A DNA stretch of 64,000 nucleotides from Octopus sinensis (lineage: Eukaryota): positions 149,296,001 to 149,360,000 of the forward strand of contig NC_042997.1 of the NCBI RefSeq assembly GCF_006345805.1. The letters run 5' to 3'. Shown here in pieces: positions 26,491-41,330 of the stretch. Within the stretch, counting starts at the first letter, position 1. Each line of letters begins with the position of its first letter. The notes below the pieces were generated by a model. It did not search any database, was not told where the DNA came from, and saw nothing but the letters and a program-made list of their open reading frames with translations. Both the position numbers and the translations under genes were made by a program.

Positions 26491-27171
26491 ATTCAGTAAG
26501 CTATTATCTCCAGTATTAATCGGCTTGATATGTTTTGATTTTTAATTACTAATCTCATCTCTTACCAGATATTTTGTTTTCCATTCATTTATGCAAACTG
26601 AGCATGAAATTGCAGTCTCCTATATGCACAAAACAATTCTTGACACACTTCCAAATAATACGGTAACACAGAAGTGTAAATGCACAAAATGAAATACTGC
26701 TTTTAATTAGGATATATTTCTGAGAATCAGTGGCAAGAACATTTGTAACACCCCAAAAAAAGCAAAATTAGTTTGAAAGTATCTCTAAAAACTGTCTCCC
26801 TTTTGTTATTGTTCACTTTGACGTATAGATTTTCTCTCTAAGAAAGGATCGATAGTGTTTCGAGCATATTTGTATATCAGTGAATATGTCGCACGGTGAT
26901 TCTACACCTATGACTAAAATGTGATTCGAGAAAGATATAGCGGTTGTTTCTCATGTGACATTTGGTCACCAAATTAAAGCTTAGACAAATTTTGCTTTTT
27001 CTCTGTCTTTTCAAATGATATGCAGAACATCATTTTCTGTACATTCACATCATATAATATCATGTGTCTGTGTACGTACACACACACATATACACACACA
27101 TACACACATACACACAGACACGCACACACACAATATTATATTATATTACAATATATCATAACATTAAATTA

Positions 27172-28215
27172 TATTGGGTTGAGGCATAATCTTTGGGCGT
27201 TTATTTAAAAAATTATTAGAAAGAAAAGAAAACTACTACAAATTAATCAATAATATACTCTCCGTTGTTGTTTACGACTTCCTCCCATCATTCAATGTGT
27301 TTTTCGATGCCTCGGCGATAGAAATCTCTCGGCCTTGATTCAAAGAATTCGTCCAACCAAGCCCTCAAGTCCACATCATTATTGAACGATACACTGCGCC
27401 AAGAGTTCGAAAACGGTCGAAAGATTTGAAAATCTGACGGTGCCAAGTTTGGAAAGTATAGAGGATAAGGCATCACTTTCCATTCCAGTTCTTGAATCGC
27501 AGGTTTTGAAGATGAAGGTCTTGTTTTTCTCATGGAGTCACTTGGTTGGCGGAGCTGAGCCATCCTTTTCGCTGCTTCCTATTGACAAAAAGGAACCGAG
27601 TTTCATCGCCAGTGACAATGTGGTAAAGAAAACGCTGTTTGTAATCATGTGTTGAGCGATGTCGAGCGAGCAAACTGGAGGCAGTCGTAGAGCGTTGATT
27701 TTTATTGTTTTCGCTCAAAGTGTGTGACACCGAAGCACCGAGTTTTTGAACCTTGCCCTTTGAGTGATCGTTGTTAACCACATATTTTTCTCCTTTTTTT
27801 TATCACAATCCATCTGCTCCGCCAATTCTTTGGTCATTTGACATGGATTTTCGTGAAGAAGTTGATTCAATCGCTTTTCCTCGAAGTCAATCGGTCGACT
27901 ACTGCGTGATCCATCGTTGAGGTCAAAGTTCCCATTTTTGAAACCTGAAAACCAACGACAGGCGGCACTTTGAGGTACTATTCCTTCTCCACACGCAGCA
28001 CAAATCTCACGAGCAGCTCCGGTGACCTTAGCATCTCGAATAAATAGAAACAGCAAATGGTTGTCGACAATATTTTGTCGATAAGTTTTATCCGCTTGAC
28101 ATTTCATTTTAAAATCTGAAAATACTGAAAAATCAATAGAATAAAAAATCAAAACACTGTCTTGTAAAGCAAAGAATTCTCTTTTAATTAACATGAAACA
28201 TTTTGTCAATGCGTT
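27172..28215 (-). mobile_element. Mariner (DD34D) transposon with a defective transposase (ATG ~28107, stop 27243); one TIR visible at 27172
   Basis: AAREIC..RWF..FKNGNFDL.D..RS.RP, HIVTGDE, YFPNLAPSDF (SPDLAPSDF motif), WEEVVNNNGEYIID*; ta|ttgggttg end; the second catalytic Asp region is deleted. Confidence 0.92.
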
Positions 28216-28329
28216 TAATTGTTTTTTTTTTGTTTTGTTTCAATCATTTGACTGCGGTCATACTGTCATCTCTAATGTCCCTGCTGTAAGGCTCCACTTT
28301 CACACACGCTAGCTTAATTCGTGCTTATT

Positions 28330-28595
28330 CGAAATAGACCCTTTGTTATGTCCTGTTATTTGCATTTGTACTTGTGTACCAATTCTCCGTTTTTTCTTCC
28401 TTGTTTTTGTTGTTTTCGTATACATTCGTTGCTTTCTGCCAAGGAACGTAATGCTCCAGTATAACCAGCCGAAATTACAAAGATAATCTGGAAATCGACT
28501 GAGGAAACTAAACTTCGAATGAACCATCCGTGTTTTTTCTTGTCCCTCTTTTGTACCATCTGTCTGAATGTTTTGTTGTCCCATTTTTTATTCCT
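28330..28595 (+). repeat. Unclassified dispersed repeat (homologous to 59755-60050), possibly a Penelope-like pseudo-LTR remnant
   Basis: cagccgaaatt.c.a.gat.atc.gg...gactga.ga....aa..cttcgaatg..cc.tccgt is shared with the reverse complement of 59790-59865; classification is inference. Confidence 0.5.
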
Positions 28596-28634
28596 TTTTA
28601 TATACATATGGCGACGTAGGTACTCATTGGTTTC

Positions 28635-29323
<689 letters not shown>

Positions 29324-29715
29324 CACACACCTATGTTTGTATGCATTAAAACCGCGAACACCTGTTTAGCTCCCATGTGTAGTGAGTCCAATTTGAGTTC
29401 TAATTTTCGCAGATTGGAAACTCTTTATATTATAAAGTCATTATTTCTTTCCTTGGGACAACATATGCAATTACACATTTCATAAATTGGTTTCAGTATT
29501 TACATGAATTATTCAATCTTGGCTCTAAAAAATCACCTGGTTATATATATATGTGTGTGTGTGTGTATGTGTATATGTGTGTATTATTCATACTATATTA
29601 TACATATACAAAAATATAGATATCTCTCCCTATTTATACATACACACGCGCGCGCACACATACGCACACAAACATACACACGCACGCGTATATATAAATG
29701 CATACATAAATTCCT

Positions 29716-29820
29716 TTATTCTTTTAATTGTTTTAGTCATTTGACTGCGGCCAGTAGAACTGAACCCGGAGCCATGTGAGTGGGAAGCAAGCTTCTTAAC
29801 AGACAACCATCCCTGCGCTA
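29716..29820 (-). mobile_element. SINE family 1 with the body deleted (tail fused to head)
   Basis: tagtcatttgactgcggcca directly joined to gtagaactgaacccggagccatgtg. Confidence 0.75.
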
Positions 29821-29929
29821 CATATATATGTACACATATAAATTTGCTGATATTTTCGTGTGTATCTGAATAAATATATGTACAAACATGCATATATATA
29901 TATATATATATATATGGATTTGTGTATAC

Positions 29930-29984
<55 letters not shown>

Positions 29985-31468
29985 TGTATCGAAACACTCC
30001 CACGTGGCTGTGTATGTGTGGCTAGTATGTCGTGCTCATTTTTATATTTAGAAGGCTTACGTATCAATCGTTATGTACGGTAAATCTGCTTCAGAATTTT
30101 ATATACATACGTTACATGCACTTGTATTTTTGTCTGTAAAGACGAATGTGTTGCTTGCATATGATTTTATACATATCCGTAAGTAATTTTTTTGTTCTTT
30201 GTCCATTTACCGGAATGCGTTAGAATTTTTATACTTCTTATAGCCTAAAGGGATAACTTTTTCTTTTTCTTCTGCAAGCTACTTTGACAGACATCAATAC
30301 AAGTAGAAGCCACTTAATATTTACTACATTATGTGCAGTGCTTTGTTCAGACAAATTCCACCGTATGACTAGTGATGGTCAATATTGAAGTAGCAATTGA
30401 TCCTATAAACCTCTATGAAAGTTACAGCAAAGCTTTGCACTTTAGTTTATGAACAAACAGAATAAATACGATGTCGTTGCGTTGTAGGAAACATTACATT
30501 ATGGTGATTATAACTAGCATTGTGACTCACTTCACCGCTCTTTCTAATATCTTCTATATTACTAAATTTAAGGTAAGAAAAGCGCTTTTACTGTTTCCTT
30601 CCTCCAATTACATTTAGTTATATGAATAAGTGATGCTTCCTTTTCTGGCGGCGGTGAAAATTCGCGATCGGTAAAAGCGGCTGTAGCGCAGTCATACATC
30701 ACACAGATATTATCAACGCATATGAGCATTATGTCACCTCACGTGCCTGCATGCTCTTCTACGCATATAATATTCTCATTACATAAAATGTGCATGCATT
30801 CAAATAAAGATACGCGCACTTACACACTCTGATACAAAGATAGCCACAATCAGATGCATAAAAATATGAATTTGCGTATGTCTGTCCAAATGAGAATATG
30901 ATTGTAAATGTGTATAAATATAAACAAGCACACACATCCAGTGTTAGAGACCGAGAAATACATATTCAATTACGTTCAGGGTCCATGTATGTGTATATGC
31001 GTGCATGCGATCGTTACATTAATTGATACCCAGCACCTAATCCATGTTCCATTAAACAAAGATGGCTATATACATTATATAGCAAATTGGTTAATGTGAA
31101 GCATATAGTCCGGTGTTATACTGTTCATTGATCACATAAATATTTGTGCTTGTAAGCGTTTTTACTTTTACATATGATTACATTGGATAATGGTTGCAAG
31201 ATACAATGGATGTAAGGCAGACTTCTGGCTGAAATTCCAGAGAAGCTACTGACTTCATCAATATGATAGTAGACCAAGATATGTTCGATATATTGTATAC
31301 GTACACGCAAGCAAGCGCACACATACATTCATTAAAATATCCATATATTTGTATATATGTATGTATGTATATATAAATATATATATATGTGTGTATGTGT
31401 GTGTGTAGTTATATATATATATATATGTCTATCTAGATACTTATCCATATATATATACATATGTATAT

Positions 31469-34240
31469 GATTTGATTTGATTTTGATTTTTTCCAGTTTC
31501 AGCTTATGAGCTGTGGCCATGCTGGGGCACCGCCATTTGGTGTTGCTACTTGGTTTCACTTCATGAAGGCTTTCTAGCAACTGCTATTTGGTGCATGAGA
31601 GAGTTCGATGCAGCTGCCCTCATCTGTCCCTCCTGCCGTGAAGTTGGTTCATCTGGGACACCTGACAGGAAGAGATCCAGCTTCATTTTAAAGACATCTG
31701 TATCCACCCCATGCAGGTCTCTCAGGTCTTCGGAGGATATTGAAGAGCTGTGGGCCTCGGAAGCCCAGGCTATCACAGAATATTGTCCTACATCTTGATG
31801 GCAAGTTTGGAGTCCTAGGCACCACGCAGTGGCGCCCAGTTCTGGCATTTGCGTAACTCTCGATGCCAAAGTTCAGGACACTTCCCTCCAGGATCTTCCA
31901 GAATATTATTGGCATATCTTACCCGCCTACGCTCCAGGGAATATAATTTTAATTTCTTGAGTCTTTCCCAGTAGCTTACATTCTGCATAGAGGCATCTTT
32001 TTCGTGTAGCTACGTTGGATCGCCTCGCTCTCTGTGATCAACTTGACACTGGATGGTGACCATAACTGAGAGCAGTAGTCAAAGTGGCTTAGGACAAGTG
32101 TCCTCCAGAGGACCATCATGGTTCTTGTTCTCTTGTTCTAAAGGTTCCGAGGATCCATCCGGCCAGTTCGTCTACATTCATTGCCAATTTAGCAACATGT
32201 ACACGAAAGGTCGCGTCATCACTCATGTAAATACCTAGGTCACGCACTGATTGTGCCTCTGGGATTGCTATTCCTCCGGGTCCAGTGTATTCATTGGGTA
32301 TTGCATTTAGTTTTGCATGCTGATAGTATAGAGAGTTGAAACTTTTCAGCATTGAACTGCATGCTATTCTTTTCGGCCCACTTGTATATTTTGTCTAGCT
32401 CACATTGCAGGTGTTTAGTGTCCTCAGGGTTCTGTATTGCCTGTAAACTTTTGTATCATCTGCATAACTTGTGATCGTGGCTCTCTGCGTGGCTGAGGGC
32501 ATGTCTGAGAGGGCCATTATGAACAGTAGTGGTCCCAGAACAGTGCCCTGCGGAACACCGCTCACTATTTGCGTGTTAAGGAAGTGGCCCCATTGGCCAC
32601 TACCACCTGACTTCTATCTTTCAGAAAGTCATGAAGCCATTCTCAAGTTTCCAACTATGTTGAGATCACGCAGTTTGTGACATATCATTCCATGATCGAC
32701 TTTATCAAAGGCCTTTGCAAAGTCGAGATATATCACTTCCACATTTGAGTGGTTGAGCAGCCGTTTCAGCACCCAGTCATAGTTTGTAGGAGCTGAGTTA
32801 AACAGCTTCTCCCTGGTCGGAAACCATGTTGGTGTCGGGCAGCAAGTCATTTTCTTCAAGGAAGGTGATCAGCTTCCTTCTGACTATTCGTTCCATGACC
32901 TTGCTGATGTGTGAGGTCAGAGAGATATAGGTCTATAGTTCTTGGCTTCCGCTCTGCTACCTCCTTTATGAATGGGGCATATTTTACCTTCCTTCAGTTT
33001 CTTGGAAGTTTGCCAGCTGCAAGGAAGCTCTGAAAGAGGAACTGCAGTGGTCTTGCTAGGACTCTCTTACATGCTTTTAGGAGGATTGCCGGGATCCATC
33101 GGGGCCAGTAGCTGAGTCTGTTTTCATTTCATCTATAGTCTTGATTACATCGTCTTCCTTTATATCGATGTAATCTATCGTCGCCGCCTCTGATTTTATA
33201 TCTGCTGTGGTAAAAAAGTCAGTTGGATTGGTGATTTGGAGATGCCCAAGGGGTGGAGTGAAAACACTCTTGATTGCTCATTCAGTATTTCACTTACCCT
33301 CATTGGTTTTCCTGTAAGTGTGCCATCCTTTTCGGAGTGGCCTATTCTACGTGCACCGTAGCTGTTTGTGGCATACCTGTAGAAAGCTCTGGGGTTAGAT
33401 TTTATGTTGTCTATAGCAGGCTCTTTGTCTGCTCTTTCCTTTTCATGGGAGAGTTTCAGACATTTTTCGATTTCCAACAGTTTTATTTTTAGGGGGACTT
33501 TTCACTGCTTTCAATCTGTTTGTTTAGGCGATTTGAAAGTTTTGTACGCCGTCTCATTAGAATTTTCCTCTCTCTGGGGATTTTGTTCTTGTGTACAGTG
33601 GCCTTTCTCTCTGGGACATATTTGTAGCATATGGCTTGCATTACAGACATGAATTGTTGAAGTTTCACGTCGATGTCTGGCGAGGAGAGACATTTAGGCC
33701 AGTTTTGTTTGAGGATCTCTTTCTCAATTTGTTTCCAGTTTGCCTTATGTAGTTCAAGCTGGAAAGATTCTGGGGGTTTCTTGTAGGCTGCATGTCCGTG
33801 CTCTCTTTTGGCCCGTACATGGTCAGCTCTATCATGTTGTGATCCGAGAGTAGTGTCGGTGTCACTTTCACATTATGGATGAGATCCATGTCATTTGTGA
33901 AGCAGAGATCCAGTGTGTTACCTGCCCTGGTTGGTTGGAGTATTACCTGCTCCATGTACAGGGTGTTGATGAGGTTCAGGAGGGACCTCGCCTGTCCTCG
34001 TTCACATCTTGTCATTCCTGGGAGAGAAAGGCCCTCGGGCCATCTGACATTTGGCAGATTGAAGTCTCCCATAAGAAGTACACTTATGTGTTGTTCTAAT
34101 GTGGTTAGAACTTCTTCTATTTTTATAAGGCAGTCTTCAAACTTGCCCACATGGCTTGGGGCATCTGGAGGGCGATATGTAGCACACCCAACTACATCAA
34201 GTTGCCTAATATGTACAATTAGTGTGTCACACACCGAGTT
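31469..34240 (-). mobile_element. 5'-truncated CR1-type LINE (APE endonuclease plus RT) with a disrupted ORF2, 3' UTR and (AAATC)n-like tail
   Basis: YRPP, LMGDFNLP, PTRAGNTLDL, LSDHN (endonuclease); YLDFAKAFDKVDH, GVPQGTVLGP, SYADD at ~32455-32469 (RT); ORF2 stop at 31561; tail gatttgatttgatttt at 31469-31490. Confidence 0.93.
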
Positions 34241-34330
34241 TGAGTATAATGTATATATATATACATTCATATATAGTACATATGTATGTATGTATATATG
34301 ATTGTAAGTATACATGTATACTTGCATCTG

Positions 34331-34437
<107 letters not shown>

Positions 34438-34548
34438 ACATGCATATATATAAACATACGTACATGTATGTATATATACATATGTATTTGTATGTATGTA
34501 TGTATTTATACATGTTTGAATCTGAGTAAAAGTATATATACATATATT

Positions 34549-35379
34549 TATACAGGTATTTATATAGTCGCAATTTCATACCATTAAGTTTGCGTATGCA
34601 CATTATCTTTTTTTTAATTTTGTCGATTACACAGTACTGTAGGAGCAGCTGGGCACCGTTTGTGAGAAATACAGCTCCATGACACAATTCACCCTACCAG
34701 AAATTTGGAAATGACATGTTTCGGAGTAGATCTGAGGACAGTTCAAATCTGAGGACATATACCGAGAGTGATAAAATTCAAACATCCAGTCAACATCGTG
34801 TAGTTTCGATTGATCACTAGTGATGGTGACCTTATGCCTCCAATTCATCTTCTTACATGGCCTCAGATTCAAGACGGAGCCTACATCAATTCCTACAGGA
34901 GGTAGTACTGCCCTGGGTCAAGAGGGTGACCGAGGGAAGACCTTATGTCTGGTAATAGGACTCTGCACCATGCCACAAAAGCAAGAAAACCCAGTAAAGG
35001 CTGTCTGACGATTTCTGCTATTACATCACCCTAACATCTGGCCACCTAACTCCAAAGACTGCAAGCCTCTTGATTAATATGTGTGGGGTGCAGCTGAGCG
35101 AGAGACCAACAAAACTCCTTGTAACACCAAAGATGAAGTGAAGGCAATGATTATGTCAGCATTCACCAAGCTAAACTAGGAGACCGTCCAGAAGTGTTGC
35201 AGGAGATTCCAAAGTCGTCTGAGGCTGAGGTTGAAGCCAATGTCGATTTTATAGAATACATTTACTCTTTAGTATTTCAATATGCTTTACGTAATTTTGG
35301 TAAAAATATGTTAAAATGTGATGTCTGCCATTTTCATTTTTGTGTAATTTAGACGACGATATATTCATAGCACCCTGTA
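34549..35379 (+). mobile_element. Internally deleted DD37D (maT-like) transposon
   Basis: GDLMPP..FLHGLRF..VVLPWVKRVTEGRPYVW**DSAPCH...WPPNSKDCKPLD: 37 residues between the last two Asp after restoring one frameshift; right end caccctg|ta; left TIR (tacagg..) is degenerate. Confidence 0.85.
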
Positions 35380-35994
35380 TATGCATGTACATGAATATGC
35401 GTTTCTGTTTGCGTGTGCGTCTGTGTGTCTGTGTGTTTGTGCGCGTGTGAGGTGGGTCGTAAAAATATGCATAATTAGAATTTTGTGAGTTGTGTAAAAG
35501 TTATGGCGAGATCGTAAGCTATTCAAAATGTAAGATACGTCAACTGCTACCAGACACTAAGTTCTATACTTTAAACATGGGGAGGATAGTAAAAAAATAA
35601 TTTGATCAGAAAGTATAGAGTTGGCGATAATACTATTGGACTATGGACTATATTAAATTGCTGATAATGAGTTAAGAGGTGTTTTAAGAGTAGAAGAGAT
35701 GAAGTAATTCGGAAAGGCAAAGGCTGCTTTAAATTGATCGAAATAAATTCAGAGAAATGTTAGGAGTATGCTAGGCAGAGAAGTAACTATTAAGCACTGT
35801 TACTTTGATTTAACAACAAATGTAAAACATATTTTCTTCATGGAACGTGTGACTATTTAATATCCACAGGAATATATGCATAAACACGTATGTACATATA
35901 TACATATATGTGTATATATGATTATACATATAATCATGTACGTATACTAAGGCATATACATTCGCACACATATAAAACTATACTTATATACGTG

Positions 35995-36026
<32 letters not shown>

Positions 36027-36228
36027 CATATATACATATATATATATAAATGTATATAAATACATATACCTATACATATAATGATGATGCATATTGTCAT
36101 ATACTCACACAAAAACATCTATCTATTTGTCTATATATCAATACATACATACATACAAACATACATGCATGCATACATATATATACATACGTATATCCAT
36201 CTGTATATATCTTCATGTGTAAGATATA

Positions 36229-36260
<32 letters not shown>

Positions 36261-36714
36261 ATATATTATATATATATATATATTATTAGTTAATTGAACG
36301 CGACGCATCCATTTCCAAGTAAGTTTATCTTTATTCATATGTATGTGTGCTCTTGTATGTGAGTACATACCCACAAATGATTTTCCATCAAAATATGATA
36401 TCCTCTCACTCTGTGAAGCCGGACTTAATTGTAAATCACCGTTAATGATAATATTTTTGCTTCCAAGTTTTCCCGACGTACAGATGATTGACGATGTTAT
36501 TCAGCCATTAAAAAAAAAGATTGTATTGAATCTTTTACTCTCGGAATTACTATTTTTATCGTTGACAATATACATAGAAAAATGTACTTATGCCTACATT
36601 AACAAATGTAGCTCGTGAAGAAATACAATTTATTTATATTTACATGAATAATAAAGTATTTCCTACTAAACGCAGAGGGCAAAAGGTTTTCATGAATGAG
36701 TTACTCATTTACAT

Positions 36715-36857
36715 TGACCACAGTGACAAAATAGTATTTATTTGCTCCACTCCGAATGAATGACAGGTAAAGTCGACCTCGACTTTACGTAAAAACGGAC
36801 GAAACGCTGCTATGCATTTTATCCTGCGCGGTATCAATTCTGCCCGGTCGCTACCTT
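36715..36857 (-). mobile_element. tRNA-derived SINE, family 2, degenerate
   Basis: gtaaagtcgacctcg...gacgaaacgctgctatgcatttt...attctgcc, homologous to 52406-52600. Confidence 0.65.
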
Positions 36858-37736
36858 ACATGTATAAAATTAATAACCCTAGAACTAGTCTTACAAGTAT
36901 AGTGAAGTAGTTTGGAGCGGTTACTGCTTGAAACTATTAAGTATCTTATTAATATTACCGAAAAGAACATCATAGATGATTCCGTGTAGTATATAAACGC
37001 ACAAAAAATAAAATGTTTAAAAATATTCAATAAACATGGTAGCAAAAAATATAAGGTACAAAACACACATAGACACACGCACGCACACACACACACACAC
37101 ACACAAACACACATGTACACACATTTATTTATATGCTTACATACGTACATACGTGTCTACATATATGTGTGTATGTTTGTGTGTGTGTATGTGTGCGTTT
37201 GTGCACATATTTGTTTGCTTAAAAAGGCCCATTTCCTTAAGTTAACTTTAGGTTTATATGAATAAATACAAAAAAAAATATTGCTATTCAATCTATTGTC
37301 ATATCACTTAAAAAGCAAAATATTTATAAGCATATTCAGTAGAAAATAGTCGATAAATTTTATAGATTTATTCCGGGTAGCAACTTGGCGATCTACTTAC
37401 TAATACCTCCGAAGCTAGTAATAATACGCACCTTTCATCTATGTATCGAAGGCCTTTTTAAGTTTATAAGATATATTCATATATTCAGTGTATTAAATTA
37501 AGTCTTCAGTATTCATGACTTCACACCAACTAAGGTGCCACTATAAATACTCATTTGTATCAGTGTACTTAGTTGCCAGAAATCTTTTAAGATTATATTA
37601 TTTAGCTTCACCTCTGAGAGGACTTTGAAACTGTTTAGTTATAAATAACTAAAGCACCAAGTGAAATAATTATCACAGTACTTTTTTAAACATACGCACT
37701 CAAATACTCACGCACACACTGACACATCGTGTATAT

Positions 37737-37813
<77 letters not shown>

Positions 37814-38690
37814 GTAAATGTCAGTAGGTGTGAAAGATGAATATATTCATTAAACCAATTGACATCCTTAGGAATATGGCCGTTTCGCAAACACTTTTAT
37901 GTAATTAAAATATCAGTACATAGTTGGGTTTGCAAGCCTGCATTAATGAGCATGTTACACGTTATACTATATAACTATATATTCACAAATTAATGCAAAT
38001 TAAGAAACCTAGTTCATCAAACTAACAGAAATTCATGATTACACCAACCATTCTGCCCTAATTATGCATACAAAATATCTAAGCACGACAAAGGCTAGGC
38101 GAAACTAGCTTTGCATGGTCAGGGAAAATAAAATATTTTGTTTCACATCACTTGAGGTTTTAGATTTAATTTCAGAGAATACACCATTCTTAATGTTACC
38201 AAAGAGAAGGAAGGGACAACCAAAGGAAATACTTATAGTAAATATAATATAATAGCTTTAAGTAGTGTACGAAAGTACATACAAAAGTATAGTATAAATG
38301 AATTAAATAAGGAACGGATAGCTGGAAAATATTAAACCAAAATTATTGAACAGTAATTTTCAGATCGAGTGAAAAGTTCAAAGGCCACACAAAATTATAG
38401 ATTTTAATTTTGATCGCATTTTCTTTCCCTATCTCAAAATACGTTCAAGCTGAATGAACTGTAGTGAACTGTAGTGAACTCAAAACTGTACTCGTAGCTA
38501 CATAGAAGCATATAAACATATTCGTATACAAAACGCAGTGACTTCAGTTTTGCCTCTAAATTCTAAATTCTAAACTTAACAATACAATAATATAAATGCA
38601 AAAAACACATTACAATTCACATACACATATATAAATATACATCCATACACTTATACAGGTATATATATATATACATACATATATACATAC

Positions 38691-38721
<31 letters not shown>

Positions 38722-39099
38722 ATATATATTATGTATATATGCACCGATAGCAGAATATAGGTGTATGCACATAACTAGACATTCACATACGCACATACAT
38801 ATACATATCTCAATCTAGCCAATATTTATATGGGTTCATATAGAAGCATATGGATGGAAACATATAGCCAATTAATAAAGCCAAAATGTAAACACTTCTC
38901 TCAGATCAAATGTGCGAACTGGATAATTAAATTTAATGAATCATATAAAATATGAAAGCAAATAGAGGAAAACAAGATTGCAAAGAATTTTCGAGGTGTA
39001 GAGTCATAGAGCCACCTCTTTCTTTAACAAATGACAGCAGTTTTTTTTTTATTACTACTGCGTCTTCTAATATTGTGAGTATGGTTCTACAATTGCCAC

Positions 39100-39560
39100 G
39101 CTTTACTACATATAGTGTCCTTATTTAGCACTCCATTATATGTAACACACCGATGAAGAGTACGGTCATTGCTAACTGCTCCGCTTAGTGTCTGAATCAA
39201 GCCCTTCATATCTTATTTGAAGACATTCGAATTCAAGTTCATCAGGAACATTTTCCATCACTTTCAAATTTGAGCGCCCTATAACTGTTAATGACATGGA
39301 AATTTTGCCGAGAAGTACTGGCATCGTACTGAGTTGATAACCATGAATGTTCAGCATTTCAGATAACTAAGAGTTACCTGAAGTTTTTCATATGCCACAA
39401 TACCGCACACTTCAAAAGGACCACTCCCAGTTATGCCTGATTAGCAAGTAAAACATACGCTGACATATACCTCTAACTTCTAAATTCACAAAACTTTACA
39501 ATGGAATCTTTGAGTTTATTTCTAAACCTTCAGCTACAGGTGTGTTATTTGTCGCTGACT
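39100..39560 (-). pseudogene. Possible degenerate LINE endonuclease remnant
   Basis: Fragments FEVCGI, LNIHGYQL, PDELEFECLQI and LFIGVL occur in the order expected for an APE N-terminus; no intact motif. Confidence 0.3.
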
Positions 39561-40917
39561 TCATAAACACTCTGATAATTCTTGTCATCACCCTTTGCCT
39601 CTTTTATTCTTTCTTTTCTTCCGACGATAGACTAAAATCGGAAAACATGTTTCTCTTTGTGTGCTTAGGTGATTAATTATATGAGTATCTAAATGACTGG
39701 AATCCCCAGAAATCCAGGGTGTGTGGAGGGCGCATTTTTAGTGCGGCATGGAATGCAAGATAGGAACACAAATAAAATTGATATAAATATTTTATGGGTT
39801 GGCGTGGCAAACGCTTATGTTTGTGTACTACAGAAATTTTTGAAACTAGTCTTTTAAATACTGGAGAAGATGGAGAATCTAATGGGGAGGTACTAAATCT
39901 ATTTCAAAATTCAGCTCTCAGACGAAAATTTCCCAACCCACTGTCATCAGCTTGAAATTTGAATTGATGCAGGTTGCACAATATTAACCAATCTTTTGGT
40001 TGGTACTCGTTATTGAGATGCTTCCTATATCAACAGATTACTCACAAGATAAGAAGTAAAATGTAATCACCTAAGAAGGCATTCGTGCATAAGAATAGCA
40101 AGAAACCAAACTGATACGCAAATAGTCCAGGCTAAAAGAGATTGACTAATTATTTGATCAAGAATGCAGAAGAAACACGTAGTTTCACTTTCGCGCAATA
40201 TCGACAGATGCAAGTCAGTTTAACACAGCAGAAGAAACATTGCCGAAAGTTAACGACCAGCCTGTACGAAGTTTAGGATTATGATGGGCTGAATATGTGC
40301 AATTAATTTATAGCACAAGCCCAGTATGGCATTAAAGAAATTGAAACTATCTGTCAAATACAAGGCTTATGGTCTGTACTTTGGTCAATACCACAGTTTT
40401 GCTTGTTTCCTGTCATATACTAAGTGTTACAGTATACAATAAATATCATGCAGCAAAAATACAGTCTTTACATAAAGAAATTGGTCAGTATTTCTCGAAA
40501 GTTTAACACAAGAACACTATATCGAAAAGGAAGTCTATTCGTAGAAGTGTTTCCCAAAGTAAAGGCCAGGATACACTCCTGATATCCATATGTATATCTG
40601 AAAATATGTATATATACATATGAATAGAAGTTTTACAAACAACTTGCACATGCAAAGGCTACCGGTCGAAAGCTCCGCATACCGGAAGCCAGCATGTGTG
40701 ATGGGGTTATCAGATGAGAATGTGCGCCGTTTCGAGGCCTACCTATTGAAGGCATCACTGCGCACAGTCCCCTACCCACTCACCGATATGAGAACTCACT
40801 TGCTAGATCAACTGGTTATCAAATAAAGGTCAATATTCATCTAGCCATCGCTTCTCGTCTCTTTTTCACTAAATCCAGTGGCTAGACTTTGCCACTGTAC
40901 TTTATATATATACATAT

Positions 40918-41009
<92 letters not shown>

Positions 41010-41010
41010 C

Positions 41011-41330
41011 CTCGACTTACGACCATCCACACTTACAGCCACAAAAAATAGGAATAAAAAATAAATATATAAATTTAAAAAATCGAGTTTTGGACGTTGG
41101 GCAGCTGCGCGTGCGACAACTATGCCAGTATCTTTCATCGCAGGTCTCCTCACACGCAGCCATCTACTGCCTTCAACTCTCTGACGCTCAGTCGCTTTCT
41201 AGCATCAGTTACATTTGGATGAAAAGAGTGTGGATGAATATAATCCGACATACGACGAGATCGACTTACAACCTCTCAATCGGATTGTAATTCGGTCGTA
41301 AGTCGATCTCGTCGTATGTCCGATTTATAT
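41011..41330. mobile_element. pogo/Tigger-like non-autonomous element with a foldback right end
   Basis: Repeated ctcgacttacgacc / tcgacttacaacc / ggtcgtaagtcga motifs; ~36-bp inverted repeat 41238-41273 versus 41294-41330. Confidence 0.5.

Noticed and set aside
40721-40767. Hammerhead-like hairpin (TGTGCGC/GCGCACA closing GTGAT..GAAAC on the minus strand)
   Set aside because: The core is incomplete (no CUGANGA) and there is no NUH cleavage triplet
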